Source: Octopus sinensis (lineage: Eukaryota). From it: DNA of 7,881 bases. The stretch is taken from positions 1-7,881 of the forward strand of contig NW_021828705.1 in assembly GCF_006345805.1 (NCBI RefSeq). Reading direction: 5' to 3'. The translations under genes and the position numbers were made by a program. The notes below the pieces were generated by a model. That model was not told the origin of the DNA, searched no databases, and saw only the letters and a list, made by a program, of their open reading frames with translations. Numbering within the stretch: position 1 is the first letter of the stretch; every line of letters starts with the position of its first letter. Of this stretch, positions 7,433 to 7,881 are shown one piece after another.

Positions 7433-7799
7433 TTACTCTTTTGCTCTTTTACTTGCTCTTTTACTCTTTTGCTCTTTTACTTATTTGACTGCGACCATGC
7501 TGGAGCACCGCCTTTAGTCGAGCAAATCGACTCCGGGACTTCTTATATCGGTCTCTTTTGCCGAACCGCTAGTGACGGGGACGTAAACACACCAGGTTCA
7601 GTTGTCAAGCAGTGCTAGGGGGACAAACAGACACACAAACATATACACCACACACATATATACGACAGGCTTCTTTCAGTTTCCGTCTACCAAATTCACT
7701 CACAAGGCATTGGTCGGCCCGGGGCTATAGCAGAAGACACTGAACCCAGAACCATGTGGTTGGTTAGCAAGCTACTTACCACGCAGCCACTCCTGCGCC
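7433..7799 (-). mobile_element. Family-D SINE copy with internal deletions and an expanded 8-bp tail
   Basis: Minus strand begins GGCGCAGGAGTGGCTGCGTGG (A box 7779-7789). Collinear with 6354-6952. Tail of (TTACTCTT/TTGCTCTT)n at 7433-7482. Confidence 0.9.
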
Positions 7800-7881
7800 T
7801 TACACAAATATGCTTATGTAGATATATAAAGCTACATAGGCAGAACCGTGAGGAGGTCGGAGAGATTCTAGTTCGTTACTC

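Overview
Non-coding, repeat-saturated eukaryotic DNA; I find no supportable host gene, RNA gene or CRISPR array. Nearly all long ORFs in the track are translations of microsatellites or SINEs. The window holds many (TATC)n, (CA)n, (TA)n and (GA)n arrays, at least four families of tRNA-derived SINEs with A/B boxes, and one dead mariner DNA-transposon derivative. The SINE families and microsatellite density resemble octopus/cephalopod DNA; this is from memory and not checked against a database. Two structures stand out. (1) The mariner element at 2730-3574 is a fold-back: its 3' end is replaced by an inverted copy of its own 5' end, including the first 24 transposase codons, and the catalytic domain is absent. 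(2) A ~360-bp inverted pair (3807-~4175 vs ~5821-6176) includes a SINE plus its 5' flank, and each arm has since been remodelled differently. I see no evidence for a novel multi-gene system; the interest lies in transposon architecture and module sharing.
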